Shown here in pieces: positions 14,256 to 26,939 of a stretch of DNA of 64,000 nucleotides (position 1 is its first letter; every line of letters begins with the position of its first letter). The translations under genes and the position numbers were made by a program. The stretch spans positions 372,001 through 436,000 of the forward strand of contig NW_026932818.1 of the NCBI RefSeq assembly GCF_032062105.1, given 5' to 3'. The DNA is from Saccostrea cucullata. Its lineage: Eukaryota. The notes below the pieces were generated by a model that did not search any database, had not been told where the DNA came from, and saw nothing but the letters and a program-made list of their open reading frames with translations.

Positions 14256-15336
14256 CGAGGGTTGTCTGTAAAGTTCGTGGAAAAGCTAAAAATTTAGCAA
14301 AAGTTGTGTCATTGATATTTATCATTGACATTTTTCTAATCCTTTACTAAATGTGAATTAAAAAATATAAAAATTTATTTAATTTCCAATGTTTAATTAA
14401 AATTATGGGTTCATGATTAGACTTGGAATGGAGACCCGGAGCACCGCAAAATTTTAATTAAAAAAATATTTATCACTTTATAAATTTCATCTGTATTACA
14501 TAAAATTCTGAGGAAATCTGAAAGAATTTTACATCATGAGGTTGATAGAAGCTATCACATCAAATCTGCAAATTTTGAACGTTCAAAGTTTCCAAACGGC
14601 GAAGTAATCATAGATAGAACATATTAAGACAGGATCAGAATTGTTAAAAAAAGAGACGTTTTCGGAATAGGTGGAGCAGTGAACAGTGATACAATTCTGC
14701 GTAGACATCGGAAAAACACCTACAGAGACCAATACATTTTGTAAACAATAGGGAATACAAAGTAAAAGAAGTCGTTTACTAGTATTTAAGTAGCATATAA
14801 TTTTTTCGGACGAAAGGAACAGTTTACATGACATGCGTGAAGGAAATCCATCATTCCGAGATTGCAGTGCTGTAAAAAATGAATTTCGTAACGTGATCTT
14901 TGCTTTGTCGTATTTCCGTAAATAAAATTGTCTCTACACAGACAGTGGTTGGATGATTGCAGGATATATGAGACAGGCATTGTTAAATATTATTTTATGA
15001 ATAAAACCTGAACATTTTGTGCATATTTTTATGACTTATCAAAAAACATAAGCAATTATTGAGTTAAACGCTGACTATGTTGAGAAAAATTACAGGTGCT
15101 CGTATTTCGCTTTTGACGTCGGGTAACGTCAAGAATTTTCGTTTTAGTGCTCCGGGTATGAGTGAGTGTCTTTTTTGTATGTGATAAAAATATAACTATT
15201 TGTGCTTTGTTTTTGTTGAAAACTTGCATATTTATAAAATGAAACATGAATTTAATAAAAATAATAGTTTGATATATTTTGTCAATGTTTGTCAGTAATT
15301 ATCAATATTGTCCACGAACTTTACGTACAGCCCTCG
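14256..15336. mobile_element. Non-autonomous mariner element
   Basis: TIR cgagggttgtctgtaaagttcgtgga / tccacgaactttacgtacagccctcg with TA TSD. A related single end lies near 58733. Confidence 0.8.
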
Positions 15337-17469
15337 TACATAGCAAAATCAGCTGAAATGTATCACTTATAACATTTTAGGATATGTCCTCCAGTTGTTT
15401 CTATACGTAACACCATTTTGTACGTATCAGCAATTTATGAAAGGAGGCAAGCTAATGACAAAGAAGTAAATGATCCAAGGATATTATCAATTCTGTGTAA
15501 AGTTAACAGTCGCAAATTCTTTATTGATACAATTACTTTTGCAAATACCATCTATGACTAAGACGACAAATGTTGAGTGGCGGTTGCCCCCCCCCCCCCC
15601 TCCCCCTCATACCATTCATTAGTCAATATTTTTAAACAGATTCTTTTTACTCATTCTTTTCTGTGTGTCCTATCACAAAAGAACAAGGAGGACAGAAATA
15701 TAAACAGAATTTTCTCCAAATTCCAGTGAAATTGGCGCTAGTTCATTTTTTTTTTAAAATCGGTTCATATTGAACTTGTTGATACAATTTATTGTAAATT
15801 ATATCATCTTTATTCTAATTAAACTGTAAATTAATTTCGTATCATCCACACAACAGAAATTGATGAATGTGCACAGAATTGCAAATGGTATTCCCATGCA
15901 GTAATTTTCTAAGCACCGATTTCTAAGAAATTTATTCTCAAATCTATCACCCAAATTCTAATTAATCTGTATATTAATTTCGTACCACACAATACAGAAT
16001 GATTAATGTGTATAACATAACAAATGACATATCGATTTCCAGGAAATTAATAAATCTATCACTTTTTAATCTATTTAAATTTTAAATAAAGAAGTGTTTC
16101 CACGTCTCAATTCGCATCAAGACATAAAATTAACAATGGTATTTGAATTTTGCCAAATCAATTAAATCCAGTTCAATGTCCTACGATCATTAACAGCAAT
16201 TAACCTTGCATCCTAATCAAAATCAAAGTTCTTCAATTAAATAATCCTCTTCAGTGTTTTAATTTTAGCGGAGCCGATGGTGGGGAAATTTTACAAGCAC
16301 CAAATTTTAAAGAAAGTCCCCTTGGCTATTACTGAAATGAGAAATATCGTTGGCATTCAAGTTTCGGCCAATTTCAAGATGGCCGCCACTTACATGTATT
16401 TCAAAATGACGACTGTTTTCATAATTTTTCCTGATATTTTAACTGTTTTATGGTAATATCTTTATTATTTGTGAAATAAAACAAGGGAACTTAGTTTGTG
16501 ATATGATTTGAGCTCCATATAATGTATACATACACTGCACATGCGCTTAAATAAAAACCTGAAATAAAAAGCTTTAGTTTTATTAAAGACATAATTAATC
16601 TTCTGAGTAATTGCAGCTGCATAAAACGGTGCAAGGTAAATTCCGACTTGAAGCATTTTGTAGTTCCTGTAACAACTTATTTTACACCCACATTTTAGTA
16701 TTTTTTTGACATGATACAGCTATTGGTGACAAAGGTCTCCATTGTGGGTCCCAAAATCCATACTCTTTTCTCAACCCAACTGGTAGGTGATGGTAAAGTT
16801 TGTCACTTGCATAGTTACTAACCCCATGTATGTCAAGCCTGTAATACAGCTCTCCTAACATGCTATACAAAAGCAGCTTTTGAGGGAGGGGTGCCATTAT
16901 ATGAACGCTGCTTACGAGCAAATAGATCAAGGCGCACGTCATTTCTATATTGGCACTGCTGACATGATGACAACAAATTCTTCTAGTACATTGATTATAG
17001 GTTCTGTCGAATTGTCACATTTTGCTTAAGAATTAGTTCATAAATGTGGTGTTCTCAAAAACATTCCAGGCCTACTGTAGCTGCCATGGTGTCTTTTTAT
17101 CTTTCCCAACAAAGACTGACATTGTATCACAACTCAACCCGTGAATGCTTGAAAGAATGGTAATGTCTTTGACTTGGGTCCCAGTCGCTTACAACATCAT
17201 AAATTGGTATCCGTTGCAAATCCTTGCCCTTTCCAAATGTCATCCATAATTGATACACATTCAATTCATCTAAAACAAAACAGCCACACCAATACCAACT
17301 GTTACAACATATGTATCCGAGCTGACTATGTTGATTGATCTGCTACCACCCAGTGCTGCACGTATATACATGTACATACGGATAACTACTTCTTCCTGAT
17401 TGCTCGGTGACATAAAGTAGGTATCTACAGCTTTATTACGGAGATTTTCTCCCTTTGTTGAAACGATAG

Positions 17470-17795
17470 TTATACCCCCCGCTTGAAAAGCGGGAGGGTA
17501 TATAGTAATCGGTATGTTCGTCCTTCCGTCTGTCTCTCCGTCCGTCCGTCCGTCCGTCTGTTACGCTTTGGGGTACCCATCTTTTATCCGCAACTCCTCT
17601 CATACCACTGAAGGAAATTTAATGAAACTTTCACATAATCTTTATTACACAATGCCATTGTGCACCTTTTATTTTACTTTTTGATCTGACATAAATTTTG
17701 GATTTTCCAGAGCAAAACATGGACACTGCAATTATATTCATATCGGAGGCGGGGGGTATCATTTAGTGAGCTCATTGCTCACAGTACCTCTAGTT
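17470..17795 (+). mobile_element. Non-autonomous Helentron (HINE/DINE-1/pearl-like) inserted in the Academ
   Basis: 5' ttataccccccgc..gcgggagggtata inverted repeat, (gtcc)n microsatellite, 3' subterminal repeat gcggggggtat, hairpin gtgagc-tcatt-gctcac and ctagtt end. Confidence 0.75.
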
Positions 17796-19825
17796 GCCTC
17801 TGTAATCGTGGATACAATTTTGTCTGTTAGAAAACAAAAGTTCCTTTTTTTTCTCGTCACGGGAAAGGAAAGTGTTCCATTACTTTATTGGTCTAATGTT
17901 TCCAGCTACCTTTGTCTAGACTCCATGCAACGCTTTCTTCAAGCTTCTGCTTTTAGACTATCGTCTTTGTAAACATCGAAGATAATGTCTACCCTAAAGT
18001 GACCTTGTGCAAGAGAATAAATGTGCGGATGGATAATGTCATTGACATAGTTATCAAAGGTTCGACATTGTCCAAGTTGTCTTGAATATACTAATGACGC
18101 AAAGTCATTTAGCAGTGAATCAACTGATGGTTAATTATTTGTCAACTCTTGGCCAGCTTCCAAAATATGTTTCAATTGACATTTGACACCCGTATTTAAC
18201 AAACCATTTTGTGAAAGCGAGGGGGAATTTCTGATTTTCATTTTCTAAAAAATTCCCGTGATTGGCATTGCCTACTCAGGACATAAAAAGCCTAGAAAAA
18301 GGCTAAAATCATCCTATTTGCCAACTTTGGCGTTGAGGAATCAGATTTTGGTTTGGGATTAAATAAGGGAAATTCTTAAAAGGTACATAAAAATCTGAAT
18401 TATCACTTTTAGGCATTGATAGAAGGAATGCCCTGTATTGTTTTCTCCGGATGTCTCCTATTTTTAATATTTCATTTGCAATTTCAGTTTCGACAACTTC
18501 TTATCTCATAACTAAACTATATAGATCCAAGGACTCTCATTCAAATGGATTGCAATTTCCAACAATATATATTTAGTAGTATAAGAATCCGATTGAATTT
18601 TGAAAAAAATCCATTCTTAGCAGCATGGGTTTCTTCGTGATGTTTTCCTTCTGTTCGTGACCCTTTCATACACCTGTAAACTCTTCAATAAATCTGCTGA
18701 TTTCTGGCCAAGCCACCATACAGCGCCTTAAATTAGTTTCTCTAACGGTAAAGTTTCCTTTTTCAAATTCCTGATATATTTCCGGTAGCTTTGTTTTCAA
18801 TGTAAGCATATCCCGAAGGTGAATTGGTAGCTATCGAGCATAATTGATGCGATCAAGGGCAAAAATTATGGAATCACTTATGATAAGGATTCCTTGTAAA
18901 GCCTTAAATCATTCTCTGCAAGACCTAATAAAGGTGAAGACAAGGGGTTCGAAAGGAGATAAGTTAACATGGCGAGCAAAAAGCCTTTACACATGTAGTT
19001 TGATAAACATGAAGGTGAAAAATTAAATCTCAATTATATTAAATTTTCCTTTGACATTTCATCTAACATTAAAGTATACTTTATGTTGAATCTCTACAGT
19101 TTTATTAAATCTTACAGATTGAAATTATCTGCCTATATATGTATTAGTATACACACACTAAATTGGGAAAATAGGGTCATTTTCTCACACTATAACACTT
19201 TTTTTCGATATGAGTGGGTCTTCGCTCCATCCTTTTTTTTCTTTTTATTTGAAATCCAATCCTCAAAGTTTGCATAAAATATACTTATTTTTAATCACAA
19301 ATTATGCAGCAAAGACCCATTATACCTTAAAATGTACTTTAAAATGACATAACATTCGCATCTTTTTGAGAAATACTTAAAGTCCACTAAGTCAAGGGTC
19401 ATATCACAAACATGATTAAAATGCCGTTAGTCACATCAGGAATGGCGTAGGTTAGTGGTTAGCGTCCTTGTCTCCAAAGAAAATCAAGCTAAGGGATTTT
19501 TTGGTTTATTAGGGTTCGAAACACACAAATGAAACAGTATTTTTATTTATTATATACCTAATGTGTATCACTCAATTTTACTGTTGATTTTACGCTATCA
19601 CGTGACGTCGTGATCCGACTTTCCGGATCACCACACTGTGGTTTTCTGAATCCATATCACCACTCTCTGAAACTGATGACGTAGTACGCAGAAACATGAC
19701 GTTATTTTTCTTGTGCGTTAAAAAGTCCCTTGTTATTATGCATTGTTTTATGGATAAATATTACCCAATTGATCTCTATTGTTTTATTTTGCTATATTTG
19801 GCTAGATATAAGGGGGTATATAATA

Positions 19826-19998
19826 AATATATCATTACAACAGTAACTTGATCCGAATAGCCGTACCACGTCTCGTTGACAGGCGCGGATCATCAGATCA
19901 AACTCGACGCTTCGCGTCTCGTTAGATCTAATGATCTGCGCCTGTCAACTCAACGAGATAGACCCTTCAGATCAAGTTACTGTTATAATACTATATAT
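19826..19998. repeat. Long imperfect palindrome (Crypton-like non-autonomous element hairpin)
   Basis: Arms aacagtaacttgatccgaa / ttcagatcaagttactgtt and gttgacaggcgcggatcat / atgatctgcgcctgtcaac around the centre gacgc-ttc-gcgtc (19906-19918). Confidence 0.7.
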
Positions 19999-21113
19999 TT
20001 ATATATATAAACTTAAGGAATTAATTTTGCCCAGAAAAATTTGCTCAGAAAAGTTTTGCATAGCATGATTTCAAAAATAACAATAACGAATAGTTTGCTC
20101 TAAATATAAAATTCACATTTTGAATATGATTTTTTATACACGTAAAGTTATGGGTTTTATGCAAGCTAAGTTCGCCCATCTCCTTTAGAATTCCTGACCA
20201 ATATAATTAAAATTGTGAAATATTTTTATCGTGTTTAGAACACAAAGAGAATAGAATTTCAAATTCATCGCAATTGTCGAGTTCCTTTGCATTTTGGTAT
20301 GTCTTTTTTTAAATATCAAATTATACAGACAGCAGGCAGTAATCTGATAATCTTTACTTCTTTAGGCAAGATTAGAACATATTAGGAAAGACTTACCTGT
20401 ACAAGAGATGCGATGTCTGCTTCAAATAAAGCTATCACCAAGCCGCTTAAATCCTTTCAACAAATCACCAAGCAGTTTAAAAGCTGCCATTTCAATCTGT
20501 AATCCACAAAACACATATACAAATCTATCTTCACCATTCGTTTCTGGCCATTCCCATTGTATCGATTTGAATAGAAAAAAAATAAAGGTTGGGCACAAGC
20601 CATCACAGGCGTTTGTCTTGGATTTTAAAAGGATATTACTGCCCTCCTTTATCCATGGCTTGCTTCATTGTTACTATCGAATAATTAACTGTTGTTTTAT
20701 GTCACGTATAGTCTTAATGTATCTCTAAGATAACTTAAATCGGGCAAAATTATAATAAATTGTGTAGTATAAAGACTAATTGAGTTCAGACAGTATGGAA
20801 ATGTCGCCATTTTGTTTTAGTGGCGACCATCTTAAAAATGGCTGAAATCACGGTGGTCAACGATATTTTTAGATTTACTAATATCAGAAAGACATTTGTG
20901 TCAAATTTTAAGCTTGTGTCTACAAATGATTTTTTTCTTTTAATCTAAGCCGCTGCACCATTTAAGCGTTTTTTATTCAATTTATTATGCATATTAAGAT
21001 TTTTACATCTTTAATCTTGAATGAACTTGAAGCACTGCTTATAAAGAACTGAAATTATTTCAGATTTAAGTATTTATAAAGTAAATAAAATTTATTTGTA
21101 TTTACAGAAAGTT

Positions 21114-21168
21114 ATGGGATTGTACACATTATGTGTATGTATTTTCCTTGCTCTTGGAGAATCTAAAG
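21114..21168 (+). CDS. Orphan or alternative signal-peptide exon of the LAAO family
   Basis: tttacag acceptor, then 55 coding nt MGLYTLCVCIFLALGESK-G and an aaag|gtaatc donor. Same length, phase and donor context as the first coding exons at 23186, 42443 and 57842. Confidence 0.6.
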
Positions 21169-24100
21169 GTAATCTTCTTTCCAAAGATTATTTAAAAGCA
21201 ATTTTTCATAAATCCAGAGTGTATTTAATGCACGAAAATCCAGATTTAAAAAGTGTTATTTGGAAATGGTCTTGCAACATGTGCAATAAATTGTTATGAT
21301 TTTATCGTACTTTTCTTCATTTAGAGTTTCTGTCCTTAGATCTGAATTCCAATCAATATAAATGTACAGTATATTACTCAATTTTCAATCGATTGAAGTT
21401 TTCTTAACATGTAAAAAGGCCAGTATGAATTAATTAAATATGTTTTTATGTGTATTTTCTCCATGAAAGTAAATAATATTAGTGATTTCTGTTCAATAAG
21501 ACTCTGTTATGTTTGAATATTTTCCTGGGGGTAAATGACACATACCACTTACTGAAAATTATATAGACAAGTAACAGCTTTTTAAAAAGCTTGCCTGACT
21601 AAATCAATCAGTATATGCATGAAGAATGATAAACCTTTTGTGCAATACTTTAACTTACTTTTGTTTTTGAGCACCTTGTGTAAATGAAATCTTGATTTTG
21701 TTTAACTTTTAGAAGAATCATCTCTACATTGCAAACTAAAGAGTTGGTATTCTCATAGTATTCTGTGGGGGTTTTCTGCAAGTGGAGTGCTCTGCCCTTG
21801 GATCTAAATTGATTTCGAACTTATAAAGTCTGTCACCAATTAAATTATGCATCGTCAACATTCTAAAAGATAGATATAATTAAATAGTACACATTTTGTT
21901 GTAGTGTATTTTCTCCACTGAAGTAAACAGTAGTAATGTGTGTTTATTAATTTTTTTCTTAAAAGGAGGGGGGTAGTCTTACTATCATATATTGAGAATG
22001 AAATAACTTAACAGTAAATTCACTACTTAGACCTGTGTGGAAAGAAAAAACCCAGATTTTGCACTTCTTTCTTATTTATTGTGCGCATCTGAACAGATAG
22101 ATACATGTATAATAGATTATGCATCTGGAGACCATGACTTTGTTGAAATGCGTTGTTTATCATTATTGGACTAATCCATTTATGGAATAAACCAACCGCG
22201 GGATCGAGAAACAAATTAGAAAACTCATTTCTTTAGTGTTGCATCTTCGTATACTTAAATTTTACACGATATGTTGCTTAAAAGAATGAGAGAAAACATT
22301 TATTTGTAGATAGAATTTCTGAAGCATTTGGATATACTTTAATTCCATGAAAGTTGGAACACCCATTCAAACAATAGAACAATCCAAGGAAAGCAGTGAC
22401 ATTTGGCGCGAAAAGAGCGATTCACCCCTTTCGTAGAATATAAATGGACTAATCCAATAGTATAGAAATGCAGAAAAAAGGATACACGGACATGTTGAAA
22501 CGGTGAATCACATGAAATGATCTGTTCAGTGCAAAAGAGTAAAGGAAGTAAACACTGCAGTATTTTTCATCAGTAATATCATTCTTTTTTCTGAAAACTG
22601 TTTCTTTTAAAATGCAGGTAAAGAAATCCAATAAAAATCAGCTTGCATAAAATCTAGCTCTCAAGGTATGATCTATTAGTTTCGGATTATGAAAATATCA
22701 ATCCTTATACAGCCTGACGCCGTGACGTCAGGCAATAATCTCAATATTCACACCTTAATTCAACATAATTTTCTTAAAGTCGAAAAATCATTTTGTGCTG
22801 GTGTAGAGAGAGAGTCCTTAAAATGTTAAAGTATTGGAATAACTGAAAACCTGTGCTTGGGAAACATTGCATATACTTATATCTGGAGTTTTCATGCACA
22901 AAAAATTTAGTTTGACGAGATCGGGAGTGCTCTCGTGTCACTGTTTATAAAATTAAATCAAATCAATGTTTATTTTTTTAAAATTCTTGTTTCTTTTTAT
23001 ATGAAGGATTCGATCATACTAACATTAGCATAATATATAATAGCGCGTGATTGAAATGTTTCTTTTTTTTTGCACCGTATTATTCTGTATTAAGAGTGTA
23101 CGGTTTTTCCAATAAACGAAATATGTTCCTAATATATATTTACGAGTTGCCTTCTGTAGCTTGTTTCATGTACACACAGAAAAATATGAGATTTATTTCA
23201 GTGAGCATATGTATTTTTCTTAGTCTCGGACAAATTAAAGGTATTCTTCTGACTTTTTAACAGGATAATTATACATATTAATTTATATTTTTTACGTCTG
23301 TTATCAAGGAAAAAAACTTTTGCGTAAAAGTTATATTTTGAATGCCACATCGTCATTATTTTAAAGCTCCTAATGTATAAATGGATGCTTAATAATTACA
23401 TAATTTCTAGAAATATCATGAGTGTCGGAGGAAATAGAGAAGAAATTAAAATAAAATAATAAGTGCAATTCTGTCTCTAGTCTGCATTGCTTTTTGGAAG
23501 AAAAGAGAAATAGTTAAGTAAAACAAAAAAAAACAAAAAAAAAAAAAAAAACAAAAAACGAATAGCTAAAATTTACATTTCTAAAAAATACATTTCTCAG
23601 TGTGGAATATATAAATTACTTAATTATTGTTTTCTTGATTTGATAAAAGCTGATTTTTGGACCGATTTTCCCGTTATTTCCCGACCATGACAAGGAGCAT
23701 ACGGTGGGTGTGACCGTTCGGCAGAGGATTCTCGCTCCTATTTGGTACCTGATCTTACCTCTGATGGTTTTGGAGTCCGTATTTGCTCTGTTCAAATTAT
23801 ATTGTTTGATGCATTTTAAGCTCGAATACTGTTTGTTATCTCCATATATTTCATTTGTAGATTTTCAACATATGGTCTTAATTTACACAAAATCCATGTT
23901 GAAAGCTTTGGAATTTTAGATTTATTGATTATCAAACGATGAACTGAAAAAAAAAATTAAGTAGCAGAACAAAAAGTCACTCATATTATCTAGTTAGATT
24001 AATTTATAATTGCTGAAAACATTTCTTAATTAGTTCATAAATAGATGTCTGTTAAGACAGATTCTGGCACACTTTTAAGCTACATGTACATATATTTATC

Positions 24101-25975
24101 TTTTTTGTTTTTCTAAATATTTATTTTTTCTACAGGATAATATTATCTGACTTCCTTGTCAAAAATTCATGTGTTTTTTTTTTTTTTTTTTATCAAATAG
24201 TAGTATCGTTTTGGAAATAATAATACTTTGCAGAAGAGCATTTTTTAGTATTGTTTGACAGCCACCATTTGCATCCTTTCTAAGTTTATGCGTTTCAAGG
24301 AATGATTCAATATATATAATCTTTAATAATATTTAATAACTAAAATATTTATTACAATGCCATGAAAAATCATTTATTTTTCATACCAAAAAATTCTTAA
24401 TAAGCACTTTGGGATAACCTAGCTGTTTAACCATTTATTCACATAACATTTAGCTTTTTTTTTCAAAAAATAAAATGAAGCGTATTTACTGTTTTAAAGC
24501 ATTTTCCTCACTAAATACCAATGTTTAACAAAATTAATTAAGAAATTACAGGTGAAAAAATTAATTTCAAACTTTAGTAACAGATTTAAAAAACGATTAT
24601 TTTTCAAATGATAGGTAGATTACTAGATTGACGTCGTAATAGAGTGTTTTTGACATTATGATAAACTGAATCTCTTTAAGAAGGGGTAATACAATATAAA
24701 TAAAAAATATTAAATAGATGCTTTTGAAATTTTTCATATGTAAACTTGTAGTATTTGTATAATTCGCTTTAAAGTGCGAAAAATTGGTACTTTCCAATAT
24801 AATCCTTTAATTAGACGGTAGATTTTCCACAAGCTTTGCATGTACGTTGGCGTCAATGTAAGTTACATATGTTACATATGCTATCAAATTAAAGAGTTTC
24901 TGTATTGCAGTTATCGCACAATAAAACCCTAGGCGGCTCCCTTAAAGGACATCGTAGTTATCTTTCTCTCTTAAACAATTACAGGACACACAATGCTTTA
25001 TTCAGTTTGGACATGGCAGTTATCATTTCTTTTTCGAAACAGTAGCGTTAAAAACATTTTTCTTCTCTATGTTTTTGTATGTATTATTTTTAATTAAATT
25101 TAATTTGTAATAACTAATTATAATGTCAATTGGCGAGACATTATGAATCAACCCAAGCACACGTATTTGATTGCCAGATGGCACCACAAAAACTCTTTTC
25201 TGCGAATTGGCCATAAATACAGTGTACAAAAAGATAATATTTTCTAGTCTTCCACCGTCCCATCTGAAAACAAAATTTATACCCAAGGATGTAAAAAAAC
25301 CTGTATCAAAATTTATATAGTCTTCCTCTTTCTCGGATATCTAACATCATTATCTCTATACCTTTTCCTTTGTTGATATTTTGAGGTTTTATTTTGAAGG
25401 TGGACAGGTGGAGGATATAACCATTATTGGTGCCGGTATCGGGGGTACCTACACAGGATGGAGGCTCAAGAACAAAGGCCTCCGGGTAGGAATTTATGAA
25501 TACTCAAATCGTGTTGGGGGCAGAATGTACACAAGAACCTTCCCAGATGCCCCCGACCTTCCGGTTGAATTAGGAGCCATGCGTTTAAGGCCAGCAGACC
25601 ATCTAAGGATGATAAAAGCCGGAAGAGAACTGGGGTTAACATTCGTACATTTTGTTGAAGAAATGGGGCGGATTCCAGAGCGCACCCGCCTTTTCCTGCG
25701 TAACACGCACCTGTCTATCCCTGAGTTGGGGACGTCAAGAACCCCCTACCGACTGAGACCAGAGGAAAGAAGAGATCCTAATGAATTAGGAAGGTGGGAT
25801 TTAACACTTTCCTAAAAGAAGACTCGGAAAGCCTCACATTCATTGCTATCGTATTTTAAAAACATGATCGAAACAATAAAAATAAATTTCATACACCTCT
25901 CTTTCAGTACTTTGATTTAAAGTGCAGTTTTAATGCATCTATCGTTGGAAACGTTTATTCAAACTTGTTCTAATA

Positions 25976-26182
25976 CTGTATACAGGGTTATTTTCGCCCC
26001 GTGTTATTTTCGCCCTTTCACACTTGCAAACAATTTTGCCCCGTTTTAAATTCGCCCAGTCATAGTTTTGTTTAAGAAATTATACTGTATTATTCGAGTT
26101 CGCCCCGTTTTAAATTCGCCAAAACGAGGATAGGGCGAAAGGGGCGAAAATTAAACGGGGGCGAAAATTTTCCTGTATACAG
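25976..26182. mobile_element. TA-flanked MITE (pogo/mariner-type) in intron 2 of LAAO A
   Basis: TIR ctgtatacagg..ttttcgcccc / ggggcgaaaatt..cctgtatacag, internal ttcgccc repeats. The homologous site in copy B (~50860) is empty. Confidence 0.8.
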
Positions 26183-26939
26183 TAATCGTTAAACGTACTT
26201 AACATGTAAACGATATAGAATGATTGAAATTGCTAAATAAATGACATTGTCAGTTTTTAAGGCACCAAATATTGATTTACGAGATTTTTTTATACATTAG
26301 TTTTTAATGGTTTACTAAGATTGGCATAAATGAATATTTTGCCACCTTTAAACTGAATTATCGACTTTTTTCCCATCAATGTTATACAAAATTAAAAGTT
26401 CATTAATAATATAAGATTGTAATGGCATTTTTTCTCACCTTGCAGGTTACTATCTGAACGGTTTACAAACTATAACGGTTCTGACCCAAATACAGAACGT
26501 TTTACTGCTGTCACTCTCAGAGATGGAGTACCTTTATATTTACAGAGGTTTGTTATGATGATTCACGTCTAAACAATAGAATAATATTTCTTTACCTTTA
26601 GAAAAAAAACCTACAAAAATCTATTAATCCTATTTTTTCACTGATAATGGATCATATCAGTTTTTGTTCCAAGGGATTTCTTATTTTTCATCACAAGGTA
26701 TTTTAGCTCATCTGAGCCGAATATCATCAAGCTTTACTGATCAAATTTTGCTTGATGTACGCACATCCGTCTTAACTTTTTACAATTTCTACTTTTTATC
26801 TTCAGAACCACTGTGGTAAATTCAACCAAACTCAACTTGCAAAAACGAAGGTCGAGGTTGATGAAAAAATCCATGTTTTTGACAAACGACACATAAAGAT
26901 ATTTTTAAAAAGCATGATGGGAAAACATATATATATATA

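Larger units (their letters stand above)
16266..20960 (-). mobile_element. Decayed Academ (AcademX) DNA transposon with nested insertions
   Basis: Diverged ~130-bp TIRs (16266-16400 vs 20820-20960, core caagatggccgccact / agtggcgaccatctt). Collinear minus-strand protein remnants with stops: QWEWPETNGEDRFVYVFCGLQIEM (~20560), ALDRINYAR*LPIHLRDM (~18850), RRCMVAWPEISRFIEE..KHHEE (~18720), RVDIIFDVYKDDSLK (~17990), FFQAFTG..CDTMSVFVGKDKKT (~17130), PPSKAA..HVRRAVLQA..WDPQW..CGCK..LPCTVLCSC (16900-16620). This is the transposase + XPG/PIN-like + Cys-rich layout of AcademX. Confidence 0.7.

Noticed and set aside
8540-16200. Numerous 60-100-aa ORFs in AT-rich intergenic DNA
   Set aside because: Low-complexity, mostly non-ATG starts, and overlapping MITEs, consistent with chance.
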